Assembly (NCBI GenBank): GCA_013362195.1
Contig: JABFWM010000098.1
Coordinates: 1-34,080, forward strand
Direction of reading: 5' to 3'
DNA length: 34,080 nt
Source: Acidobacteriota bacterium
GTDB taxonomy: Bacteria; Acidobacteriota; Vicinamibacteria; Vicinamibacterales; 2-12-FULL-66-21
A model generated the notes under the pieces. That model did no database searches and was not told the origin of the DNA. It saw nothing but the letters and a program-made list of their open reading frames with translations. Positions 16,788 through 25,463 of this stretch are shown piece after piece; positions within the stretch are counted from its first letter, which is position 1, and the number at the start of each line of letters is the position of its first letter. The translations under genes were made by a program, and so were the position numbers.

Positions 16788-18028
16788 TCGTCCTGTCGGG
16801 TGCCGACCTCGTGCTGCCCGATCGCGTGCTGGCCGGCGGCACCCTCGTCCTCGACGGCGATCGCATCGCGGAGATCGTGCCGGGGCCGCGTCAGGCCTCC
16901 GCTTCGTCATCCGGTCCCGCATCGGCCGTGGCGTTCGATCTCACGGGCCACTACGTCGTGCCCGGCTTCATCGACGTGCACGTGCACGGCGTCGAAGGCC
17001 TCGACACGCTGGAAAGCCGCGGCGCGATTCGCGAGATCGCGGGACGGCTCACCAAGTACGGCGTGACGGGGTTCTGCCCGACCTCGCTCGCGTGCGCCCC
17101 CGACGTCCTGCGCATGATGCTCGAAGCGGTGCGGGACGCGCGTACGACCCGCGCACCCGGCGGCGCCCGCGTCCTGCCGGCGCACCTCGAGAGCAACTTC
17201 ATCAATCCCGAGTTCAAGGGCGCGCAGCCGCTCGAGTGCCTGCGGCTGCCGCCCGGATCGCACCGTGTGCATGCCGGGTCGCCGCAGACCGGCCGGGCCG
17301 ATGGCGAATGGAGCGGCGAGGACATCCTGCGCGAGATTGAAAACGCGCGTCCCGACGTCGGTATCATCACGGTCGCGCCGGAACTCGACGCCGGGATCCC
17401 GCTCATCGAGTCGTTCGTCTCGCACGGGCATCACGTGTCGCTCGGGCACTCGGGCGCGACCTACGAACAAGGCATGCTGGGCATCCGGGCCGGCGCCACA
17501 CAGGCGACGCATCTGTTCAATCGCATGCCGCCCGTCGCGCACCGCGCGCCCGGCCTCGCGGGCGCGGTGCTCGAGTCGGACGACATCATCGCGGAGCTCG
17601 TCTGCGACGGCGTGCACGTGCACCCGGGCATGATGCGCGTCGCGCTCGCCGCCAAGCGCCCGGACCGCATCATGGCGATCACCGACGGCACGGCCGGGTC
17701 CGGCCTCGCGTCCGGGTCCCGGGCCGCGATCGGTGGCCGCGCGATTCGGATCGCCGACGCCGCGTACCTCGACGACGGCACGCTCGCGGGCAGCGTCCTG
17801 ACGATGGATCGGGCCTTTGCGAAATTGACCGCCGAGGTGGGGCTGAGCCTCAGTGACGCGGCCACCGTGTGTTCGACGACGCCGGCGCGGGCGCTCGGGC
17901 TGCAGGGCTTTGGCGTCATTTCGCCCGGCGCGATCGCCGACTTCGCCGTCCTCGACCGCGACCTGCGCGTCGTCCAGACGTGGATCGCGGGAACGCTCGC
18001 GTGGGGCGGCCCGTCTACTTCCGTATGA
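16784..18028 (+). CDS. nagA: N-acetylglucosamine-6-phosphate deacetylase
   Basis: PGFIDVHVHG, HLE, TVAPE, GHS, THLFNRM, DGVHVHP, ITDG, LAGS; ATGA overlap. Confidence 0.92.
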   Translation: MIVLSGADLVLPDRVLAGGTLVLDGDRIAEIVPGPRQASASSSGPASAVAFDLTGHYVVPGFIDVHVHGVEGLDTLESRGAIREIAGRLTKYGVTGFCPTSLACAPDVLRMMLEAVRDARTTRAPGGARVLPAHLESNFINPEFKGAQPLECLRLPPGSHRVHAGSPQTGRADGEWSGEDILREIENARPDVGIITVAPELDAGIPLIESFVSHGHHVSLGHSGATYEQGMLGIRAGATQATHLFNRMPPVAHRAPGLAGAVLESDDIIAELVCDGVHVHPGMMRVALAAKRPDRIMAITDGTAGSGLASGSRAAIGGRAIRIADAAYLDDGTLAGSVLTMDRAFAKLTAEVGLSLSDAATVCSTTPARALGLQGFGVISPGAIADFAVLDRDLRVVQTWIAGTLAWGGPSTSV

Positions 18029-18915
18029 GATCCGTCCTCCCGGCGATTGTGTGCGTGTCCGCCGCGTCGCTCTGCAGCGCCTGCGTCGTCGTCGATTCGC
18101 AGGGGCACATCAGCCGCGAAGAAAAGCGCTTCCAGGTCACCGGCACGCCGGACCTGCGCCTGACGACATTCGACGGCGCGATCGACGTTCGCGCCGGCGA
18201 AGGCCGCGACGTCGTGGTGGAAATCGAGAAGCGCGGCGCCTCGAAGGAGACCGTGGAACGGCTCCAGGTGGACGCGACGCAGGACGGCAATCGCATTCAG
18301 GTCGACGTGAAGCGCCCGGCCGGCGATGCCCCGTTCTTCGGGATCGGCCATCACATCTCGCCGACGGCCCGGCTGATCGTCACGATGCCGAGGCGCGGCA
18401 ACATCGTGGCGCGCAGCGGCGACGGATCCATCCGCATCGATGCGGTGCACGGACGCGTCGAGCTCCGCACCGGCGACGGCAGCATCCGTGCGCACGAAAT
18501 CGGCGGGCAGGTGGTGCTCGACACCAACGATGGCTCCGTGGTGCTCGACGGCGTGGACGGCGACGTCGATCTCACGACCGGCGACGGCAGCGTGACCGTG
18601 TCGGGGAAACCCGGCGCGTTGCGCGTGAAAACGGGTGACGGATCGATCACGCTTCGGGCCGACGCCGGGACGGTGATGAAGGACGACTGGTCGGTCACCA
18701 GCGGCGATGGCGGCGTGACGGTGTACCTGCCGCCCGACTTCGCGGCGGATCTCGATGCGCACACCGGCGACGGCGCCATTCGGAGCGACCTCGACGTCAC
18801 CGGCGGCACCAGCGACGATCGCGAACGCCGCTCGCTGCGCGGGCGCCTGGGCGCCGGCGGCAAGGTGCTGAAGATTCGTACGTCGGATGGCTCGATTCGA
18901 CTGAAGAGCGGCTAG
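18025..18915 (+). CDS. DUF4097 / putative adhesin beta-strand-repeat lipoprotein
   Basis: Lipobox-like CSA-C; repeated (T/S)GDGS(I/V) units; ATGA overlap with nagA. Confidence 0.85.
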   Translation: MRSVLPAIVCVSAASLCSACVVVDSQGHISREEKRFQVTGTPDLRLTTFDGAIDVRAGEGRDVVVEIEKRGASKETVERLQVDATQDGNRIQVDVKRPAGDAPFFGIGHHISPTARLIVTMPRRGNIVARSGDGSIRIDAVHGRVELRTGDGSIRAHEIGGQVVLDTNDGSVVLDGVDGDVDLTTGDGSVTVSGKPGALRVKTGDGSITLRADAGTVMKDDWSVTSGDGGVTVYLPPDFAADLDAHTGDGAIRSDLDVTGGTSDDRERRSLRGRLGAGGKVLKIRTSDGSIRLKSG

Positions 18916-18926
18916 CATTTCAAGAA

Positions 18927-18950
18927 CGGGGCTCCGCCCCCGAACCCCGG
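18927..18950 (+). repeat. GGGGCTCCGCCCC-type small palindromic intergenic element
   Basis: CGGGGCTCCGCCCCCGAACCCCGG between convergent genes; hairpin GGGGC/GCCCC. Confidence 0.4.
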
Positions 18951-18965
18951 CTGCGCGCCCTGGGA

Positions 18966-19700
18966 TTAACGCGGCGGCGCCTCCCGGTACGGCGTTGGAT
19001 CCTCCACGCCGGCTTCCCTGAACGCGTCGCGGCGCTCGCGGCACTTGCTGCAGCGGCCGCAATGCTGCCCGCCCGACGGCTGCATACACGACAGCGTCAG
19101 CTCCAGCGGGACGCGGAGCGCGACCGCTTTCCGAATCACGTCGGCCTTGTGCAGGGACGCGAACGGCGCCTCGATGCCGATCGGATGCGCGAGTCCGAGC
19201 GACAGCGCCCGCGCCATCGCGGCGAAGAACTCCGGCGTCGCGTCGGGAAAGGGATTGCCGGCCAGCGGACCGATGGCGACCCGCGAGATGCCGGCGCGCG
19301 CCATGTACACGGCGGCCTTCGAGAGCAGGATGACGTTGCGCCCGTCGATGAACACGTCCTCGTCGGGGGTGTCGAAGGCGGGCGGCTCACCGCGCACCGC
19401 CCAGTGATGGGAGGGGAACACGTCGCGCATGTCGAAGTGCAGGTGCACGAGCGGCGCGACGCGGTCGCGCATCGGCAGCGCGTCGAGGAACCGGGCCGCC
19501 ATCGCCTGCTCTTCCTTCTCCCACGCGAAGCCGACGCCGACGTAGATCGGCGCGACCTTGCTCGTCCGCGCCGGCGGGCGCTCGGGTGGATCGCCATCCG
19601 TGACGGCGTCGCCGCCGGCAGCGGCGACTGCGACGAGGACGGCGCTGTCGAGCCCACCCGAGAAAAGCACCGCGGTATAATCCGCAGGATCGACGGTCAC
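18966..19700 (-). CDS. queC: 7-cyano-7-deazaguanine (preQ0) synthase
   Basis: PP-loop SGGLDS, GRNVILL, FPDATPEF, Zn motif SC..HCGRCSKCRER. Confidence 0.85.
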   Translation of the reverse strand: MTVDPADYTAVLFSGGLDSAVLVAVAAAGGDAVTDGDPPERPPARTSKVAPIYVGVGFAWEKEEQAMAARFLDALPMRDRVAPLVHLHFDMRDVFPSHHWAVRGEPPAFDTPDEDVFIDGRNVILLSKAAVYMARAGISRVAIGPLAGNPFPDATPEFFAAMARALSLGLAHPIGIEAPFASLHKADVIRKAVALRVPLELTLSCMQPSGGQHCGRCSKCRERRDAFREAGVEDPTPYREAPPR

Positions 19701-19724
19701 ACGTTCACCACATCACGAGCATCC

Positions 19725-20129
19725 ATGTACCTCGTCACGAAACGCATCGAGTTCTGCTACGGCCACCGCCTGCTCGACTACGACGGCGTCTGCAAGCACC
19801 CGCACGGCCACAACGCTTCGGTCGAAGTGGAGGTCCGGACGGATCGCCTGGACAACCGGAACATGGTGGCGGATTTCAGCGACATCAAGCGCGTCGTCAA
19901 AGGGTGGATCGATCGCGAGCTGGATCACAAGATGATCCTGCGGCAGGACGATCCGCTGGTGAAGCCGATGAAGGAGCTCGGCGAGCCGATGTACCTGCTC
20001 GAAAGCAACCCCACGGTCGAGCGGCTCGCGAAACTCATTTACGACAAGGGCCGCGAACTCGGCGTCGACATCGTCGCCGTGCGCATCTGGGAGACACCGA
20101 CATCGTTCGCGTCATACTCCGAGAACTGA
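19725..20129 (+). CDS. queD: 6-carboxy-5,6,7,8-tetrahydropterin synthase
   Basis: FCYGHRL..Y.G.C..PHGHN, DFSDIK, LDHK, NPTVE, IWETPTS; ATG at 19725 (the longer ORF-track frame is antisense to queC). Confidence 0.92.
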   Translation: MYLVTKRIEFCYGHRLLDYDGVCKHPHGHNASVEVEVRTDRLDNRNMVADFSDIKRVVKGWIDRELDHKMILRQDDPLVKPMKELGEPMYLLESNPTVERLAKLIYDKGRELGVDIVAVRIWETPTSFASYSEN

Positions 20130-20257
20130 CGCGACGGCGGGCCTGAAGTCCGGCCCGGCGTGGACACGATGACCCGGACACGACATGTATCGCGGGGCCG
20201 GGGCTTCCAATCCGGCATCGCCGGCCGCTACCGCCTGCTGCTTACCACCGACTCTGC

Positions 20258-21694
20258 CTACTTCTTGAAAGGCGCCTCGTACGAGAAGTAGGCGAGGATG
20301 CCGGCACTCGACGATCCTGCCGTCCACGAGATCGGGACCGCCGCCCCGATGATGATTTGGGTGTCGGCCGCGAGGTTCCACCCGCCGCGCACGCCGGGTG
20401 CGAGGACGAACGTGCGGTCGCGCTCCGTCGCGCGGCGTCCGTCGCGCACGACTTCCTGCTGATCGAACGTCAACACCGACTCCAGCATCACGTGCAGCAT
20501 CGGCGCGGCGCGATAGATCGCGCTTCCGGCAAGCTGCGGCACGACCAGGTTCGGGCGGTTCGACCGGTGCGTCCACGTCATGCCGCCGTTCCAGTGGAAA
20601 TAGAGGTCGTCGCGCTGTTTGCTGAACGGCAGATTGAACTGCAGGCCGGTCGAGCGATCCGTCCGGGCGGTCGGGACAATGGCGCTGAGGCGCGGTGAGA
20701 ACGCCGGCCGTCCGGGCCCTTCTTCCAGCAGCTGCAGGCGGTAGTTGACCAGCGTGTCGCCAAGACCTTCGGCGCCGCCCATCGACGAAAACGGAATCGT
20801 GTAGGACACCTGGTGACGCACACCCGTGACCGGCCATTCCTGCGTGAAGGTCAGGAACCAGTCGCCGTCCTGATGCATCCAGTTGACGATGTTCTGGAAG
20901 GTGCCGGGTTCCTGGTTGAACGCTTCTTCGACCAGGAACGAGTTGTCGGTAATGTCGAATGGCTCCTCGACCGGCGGCGTCTGCGCGCTGGCGCCGACCG
21001 CACTCGCGATCCACAGGCACACCACCCCGATGGCCTGCACGAGCACCTTCGAGGCCGCGCGCGCACCAATCGTGATCTCGCGCCTGCCGCGGCCGCGCAG
21101 CCGGACGCTGTCGGCGGCGGCGTCTCGCTCCTCGACGCTGACGCGCTGCCCCGGCTTGAGATCGTGGCGCTCCACGAAACGCAGGAACTCGCTGTCCTGA
21201 TCGGTGACGCGCCGGATGGTGACCGGCTCGTGCAGCGGGCACGTCATCAACGTGTCGTACTCGGGCCGGGTCACGGTGCCGTCTGCATCGGGAATCGGAT
21301 CGCCATGCGGATCGGCCGACGGCCGCCCGAGCATCTCGTCCATCAGTTCGATCAGCCGATCCGAGACCGCGTGCTCGAGGTGCTCCGCTTCGTCGTGCAC
21401 CTCCGCCCAGCTCATGCCCATCACGTTGACGAGGAAGAGCTCGATGAGCCGATGGCGCCTGAGCACCAGCGCCGCGAGCTTCTCGCCGGCCTTGGTCAGG
21501 CGCACGCCCACGTACGGCTCGTAGCGCACCAGGCCTGACTCGGCCAGGGTCTTGACCATCGTCGTCGCGGTGCCCGGCGTCACGCCCAGCGCGGCGGCGA
21601 GCTGTCCCATCGGCACGAGCGCGGGCGTATCGCCCGCCGTCTGCGCCTGGAGAATGGCCTTCAGGTAGTTCTCGACGGTTGGACTGGCAGCCAT
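20258..21694 (-). CDS. DtxR/MntR-family metalloregulator fused to a signal-peptide-like segment and a putative outer-membrane beta-barrel
   Basis: VENYLKAI, HTH, RRHRLIELFL, HDEAEHLEH, DPHGDPIP, FeoA-like domain; then AIGVVCLWIASAVGASA-Q and about 241 aa of amphipathic beta-strands ending YFSYEAPFKK; no stop between the parts. Confidence 0.85.
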   Translation of the reverse strand: MAASPTVENYLKAILQAQTAGDTPALVPMGQLAAALGVTPGTATTMVKTLAESGLVRYEPYVGVRLTKAGEKLAALVLRRHRLIELFLVNVMGMSWAEVHDEAEHLEHAVSDRLIELMDEMLGRPSADPHGDPIPDADGTVTRPEYDTLMTCPLHEPVTIRRVTDQDSEFLRFVERHDLKPGQRVSVEERDAAADSVRLRGRGRREITIGARAASKVLVQAIGVVCLWIASAVGASAQTPPVEEPFDITDNSFLVEEAFNQEPGTFQNIVNWMHQDGDWFLTFTQEWPVTGVRHQVSYTIPFSSMGGAEGLGDTLVNYRLQLLEEGPGRPAFSPRLSAIVPTARTDRSTGLQFNLPFSKQRDDLYFHWNGGMTWTHRSNRPNLVVPQLAGSAIYRAAPMLHVMLESVLTFDQQEVVRDGRRATERDRTFVLAPGVRGGWNLAADTQIIIGAAVPISWTAGSSSAGILAYFSYEAPFKK

Positions 21695-21719
21695 TTGAAT
21701 TCGATGATAGTCTAAGATT

Positions 21720-21741
21720 TGATTTTGAGTCGTCAAAATCA
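21720..21741. promoter_or_regulatory. Perfect 22-bp AT-rich palindrome, putative DtxR/MntR operator
   Basis: TGATTTTGA-GTCG-TCAAAATCA in the 68-bp divergent gap; overlaps the -35 of a minus-strand TTGACG-N16-TAGACT promoter (21736-21709). Confidence 0.8.
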
Positions 21742-21762
21742 GCTTGGCACCAGGGAGCGTGT

Positions 21763-22827
21763 ATGGCCCCGACAGTTGGTCTCACCCGCCGTGCATGGAT
21801 GCGGCTCGTCGGCGCCGGCGCGGCCGCCGCGGCACCGCTGGCGCGGTCGCCCCACGGCGCCGCCGCGCAGGGGAGCGGTCCCGGCGCGCCGCCGCCGCTG
21901 CCGCACGCCGCCCACGCGATGGGCCCGGTCGGGCGCGTGACATCCGACGCCATCAACCCGACGGCCTTTCTCCGGACCTGGAACTTCGCCGATCTGCCGC
22001 CCGAGAAGCGTGCCGAGTACTACCGCGAAACGCGCCGGCCCGACGGGTCGTTGCTGCGCGAGTACCGGCTCGTGGCCGTCGACCGCGAGATCGAGATCGC
22101 GCCCGGCGTGTTCTTCCCGGCCTGGACGTTCAACGGTCAGGTGCCCGGACCCACGCTGCGCGCGACGGAAGGCGATCGCGTCCGGGTGACGTTCGTGAAC
22201 GAAGCATCGCATCCGCACACCATCCACTTCCACGGCTGGCACCCTCCCGAGATGGACGGCTCGCTGCCGGAGCATCAGGTGGTGCCGGGCGGGCAGTTCG
22301 TCTACGAGTTCGACGCGGACCCGTTCGGGCTGCACTTGTATCACTGCCACGCGGCGCCGCTGAAGCGTCACATTCACAAGGGCCTTTACGGCGCGTTCAT
22401 CGTCGATCCGCGCGGCGGGCGCCCGCCCGCCGATGAACTCGTCATGGTGATGAACGGCTTCGACACGAACTTCGACGCCGATAACGAGGTCTACGCGGTC
22501 AACACCATCGCGCATCACTACACGCACGAGCCCATCGTTGTCGGCGTCGGCGCGCTCGTCCGCCTCTACGTCGTCAACGTCACGGAGTTCGATCTCGTCA
22601 ACAGCCTGCATCTCCACGGGATGTTCTTCACCGTGAACCGCACCGGCACGACCCTGACGGGCGGCGAAGTCACCGACACGGTGATGCTCTGCCAGGGCGA
22701 GCGCGCGATCCTCGAGACGCGTTTTCGATTTCCCGGCCTCTTCATGTTCCACGCCCATCAGAGCGAGTTCGCGGAACTCGGCTGGATGGGCCTGTTCGAA
22801 GCCGTGGGGGTGCGTCGTGATACCTGA
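21763..22827 (+). CDS. Tat-exported two-domain multicopper oxidase
   Basis: LTRRAWMRL twin-arginine signal; HTIHFHG, YHCH..RHIHKGL, LHLHG, MFHAHQ; GGGAG RBS. Confidence 0.9.
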   Translation: MAPTVGLTRRAWMRLVGAGAAAAAPLARSPHGAAAQGSGPGAPPPLPHAAHAMGPVGRVTSDAINPTAFLRTWNFADLPPEKRAEYYRETRRPDGSLLREYRLVAVDREIEIAPGVFFPAWTFNGQVPGPTLRATEGDRVRVTFVNEASHPHTIHFHGWHPPEMDGSLPEHQVVPGGQFVYEFDADPFGLHLYHCHAAPLKRHIHKGLYGAFIVDPRGGRPPADELVMVMNGFDTNFDADNEVYAVNTIAHHYTHEPIVVGVGALVRLYVVNVTEFDLVNSLHLHGMFFTVNRTGTTLTGGEVTDTVMLCQGERAILETRFRFPGLFMFHAHQSEFAELGWMGLFEAVGVRRDT

Positions 22828-24028
22828 AACGACTCGTGACGCGCCGTCGCCGCGCCAGCGACTGTGGGTTGCCGCGGTGATTCCGCTCGCCGCGCTTGCC
22901 GTGCTGCTCGCCGCCCTCGTGTTCGTCCGCCCCGCGGATCGACTGCGCGGCGTCGGTGTGCCGCCGGTCGAACGGCTCACGGTCGAGCGCACCGTCCTCC
23001 GCCCCGGCGGCATCCTGCTGTCGATCCTGAACGATGGGCCGGATCCCGTCACGATCGCTCAGGTTAGCGTAGATGACGCCTACTGGTCGTTCACTGCGGA
23101 TCGGGGCACGACGCTGAAGCATCTCGGGCGTACGCAGCTGACCATTCCTTACCCGTGGGTCGACGGGGAAGCGCACACCATCAAGCTCCTCACCTCCACT
23201 GGCACCGCGTTCGAACACGAGGTAGCGGTTGCGACGCCGACCCCGCAGCCCGACGCGCAGTATTTCGTGACGTTCACCCTCATCGGCCTCTACGTCGGCG
23301 TACTTCCGGTTGCGGCGGGTCTTCTCTGGTTTCCGTTCATGCGACGCCTCGGCCGAACGGGTCTCGACGTGCTGCTCGCGCTGACCGTCGGACTGCTCGT
23401 CTTTCTGCTCGTCGACACGACGCACGAAGGCCTCGATGCCGCCGCTCGCCTGCCCGACTCGTACCAGGGCGTCGCGCTGTTCGCCTCCGGCGCCGCGGCC
23501 GCGTATCTGGTGCTCGAATGGGTCGGAGCCGTGCTTCGCACGCGACGCACGCACGAGCGGACGGCCGGCGCACCGGGCGCGATCCTCGCGCTGCTCGTCG
23601 CCATCGGCATCGGCCTGCACAACCTTGGCGAAGGGCTGGCGATTGGCGCGGCGTTCACGCTGGGCGAGGCGGCACTCGGCACGCTTTTGATTGTCGGCTT
23701 CACACTGCACAACACGACCGAGGGGCTGGCCATCGTCGCGCCGCTCGCACGGGAGCGGCCGCCCTTGGCGATGCTGCTGCGGCTCGGGCTGATTGGCGGC
23801 GTGCCCACGATCGCCGGCGCATGGATTGGAGGGTTGTTCTATTCTGCGGTCCTCGGCGTGCTGTTCCTCGGCCTCGGCGCCGGGGCCATCGCCCAGGTCG
23901 TCCTGCAGATCTCGCGACAGATCGCCGGACCACAGACCATCGGCGAGCGGCTGACGTCCGTCCCGGTCCTCTCCGGCCTCGCAGCGGGGTTCGCGGTGAT
24001 GTATGTCACCGGGATGCTGGTCGGGTAA
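22817..24028 (+). CDS. ZIP family metal transporter with N-terminal extracytoplasmic domain
   Basis: IGLHNLGEGLAIG and LHNTTEGLAI signature motifs; multiple TM segments. Confidence 0.9.
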   Translation: MIPETTRDAPSPRQRLWVAAVIPLAALAVLLAALVFVRPADRLRGVGVPPVERLTVERTVLRPGGILLSILNDGPDPVTIAQVSVDDAYWSFTADRGTTLKHLGRTQLTIPYPWVDGEAHTIKLLTSTGTAFEHEVAVATPTPQPDAQYFVTFTLIGLYVGVLPVAAGLLWFPFMRRLGRTGLDVLLALTVGLLVFLLVDTTHEGLDAAARLPDSYQGVALFASGAAAAYLVLEWVGAVLRTRRTHERTAGAPGAILALLVAIGIGLHNLGEGLAIGAAFTLGEAALGTLLIVGFTLHNTTEGLAIVAPLARERPPLAMLLRLGLIGGVPTIAGAWIGGLFYSAVLGVLFLGLGAGAIAQVVLQISRQIAGPQTIGERLTSVPVLSGLAAGFAVMYVTGMLVG

Positions 24029-24032
24029 CACG

Positions 24033-24425
24033 ATGACGATGGTGAGCAGATCCGTTCGCGGTCTGGCCATTGGCGCTGCCGCCCTCGCCATCGCGGCGAT
24101 GATTCCGATCATGGGGCTGAGCCGCGAAAGCGAACGTGAGCTTCGGATCGCAGTGATCGATCGCGCGTTCTATGTCGATGGACGGAGCGACGCGAACCCG
24201 ACGCTGACCTTGCGCGCCGGCGAGCGGGTGCGTCTGGTGCTCCGCAACAACGACGGCGGGATGAAGCACGACTTCACCATCCGCGCGTGGGGCGTTGCCG
24301 TGCCGCCGATTGACGGGCGCGGCGAGCGCGCGATGACGTTCCGCGTTCCCGAGACACGCGGCGCGGCGGTCTATAACTGCACGCCACATCCGGTCTCGAT
24401 GCGGGGGACGATCATCGTCGAATGA
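24033..24425 (+). CDS. Secreted/membrane-anchored cupredoxin domain protein
   Basis: N-terminal hydrophobic segment; type-1 Cu ligands MKHDF ... YNCTPHPVSMRG. Confidence 0.85.
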   Translation: MTMVSRSVRGLAIGAAALAIAAMIPIMGLSRESERELRIAVIDRAFYVDGRSDANPTLTLRAGERVRLVLRNNDGGMKHDFTIRAWGVAVPPIDGRGERAMTFRVPETRGAAVYNCTPHPVSMRGTIIVE

Positions 24426-25150
24426 TGCGGCCGCGCCTCAGCGCCTCCCTGGCGACACCCGAAGGCAAGGCGCGGTACGTTCGCGGCCTCTTCGCGACGA
24501 TCGCCGATCGCTACGATCTCATCACCCGCGTCCTGTCGTACGGCCTCGACGGTTCGTGGAAGCGGCGGCTTGCGGCGATGACCGATCCCGCGCCGCAGCG
24601 CGCGCTCGACCTGGCGTGCGGGACCGGGGACATCGCGTTCGCGCTTCGCGATCGCGGGCATGCCGTCGTCGCACTCGACATCACGGCCCGCATGATCGAG
24701 CTGGCCGCCGCCCGCGCCCGCCGATTGCAATCCTGTCAGTCGCTGACGTTTCTGATCGGTGACATGACAGCCTTGCCGTTCGCGGGCGCGAGCTTCGATC
24801 TCGTGACCACCGGCTACGGACTGCGCAACGTGCCGCGGCTGCAGCCCGCCATCGACGAGATCCGCCGCGTGCTGCGGCCTGGCGGACTGCTGCTGTCGCT
24901 CGACTTCGATCGGCCGGTGTTTGCGCCCGTCCGCTGGATCTACCTCGCGTATTTGACGCTGGTCGGCAGTGCGCTCGGCGCGCTGTTCCATGCCGATCCC
25001 GATACCTATCGCTATATTCCTGAATCGATCAAGCGCTACCCCGGCGCATCGGAAGTGTCGCGCCTGCTGGAGGACAGCGGGTTCACGTCCTGTGAGGTGG
25101 TGCCCGTGCTGGGCGGTCTGCTGGCGATCAACACCGCACGACGCATTTGA
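24422..25150 (+). CDS. ubiE: UbiE/MenG family SAM methyltransferase
   Basis: FATIADRYD, LDLACGTGD, GDMTALPF, YGLRNV, RVLRPGG, YRYIPESI. Confidence 0.8.
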   Translation: MMRPRLSASLATPEGKARYVRGLFATIADRYDLITRVLSYGLDGSWKRRLAAMTDPAPQRALDLACGTGDIAFALRDRGHAVVALDITARMIELAAARARRLQSCQSLTFLIGDMTALPFAGASFDLVTTGYGLRNVPRLQPAIDEIRRVLRPGGLLLSLDFDRPVFAPVRWIYLAYLTLVGSALGALFHADPDTYRYIPESIKRYPGASEVSRLLEDSGFTSCEVVPVLGGLLAINTARRI

Positions 25151-25463
25151 GTTCGGGCGCACGACCGATCAGACGAGTCGAGCGCGCACGCAGGCGGCAC
25201 ACTTGCATGACCTGTTAGGATCATGGAAGCGCTGCGGGCCGACCCGGGTGGCGCCCTTCACACAACTGCTCATCCATGCCCATGCACGACAGGGGCGGCG
25301 CGGCGGCCGTTCATGTCCGAGGACCGCGTGCGCGCACGAGAGCAGGCGCGCCGTGCGCTCCGATGGCCGCGCGGCTCGAATAAAGGTGGCAACAGTGCGC
25401 AGTTCCGGCGCGGGCAGCTAAAGCGTGAATGTAGCGGATCCGACAGTCTGGTGGGATAACGGC

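Noticed and set aside
18966-19700. QueC as part of an anti-phage system (QatC, Cap9 or Dpd type)
   Set aside because: Neighbours are queD and housekeeping genes; no defence partners in the window
21745-21760. TGGCAC upstream of the multicopper oxidase as a sigma-54 site
   Set aside because: No GC/TTGC at the -12 position
25192-25459. AGGCGGCACACTTGCA (GG-N10-GC) followed by the 78-aa ORF 25223-25459
   Set aside because: Weak -24 element, and the ORF has no protein-like features or motifs; insufficient support
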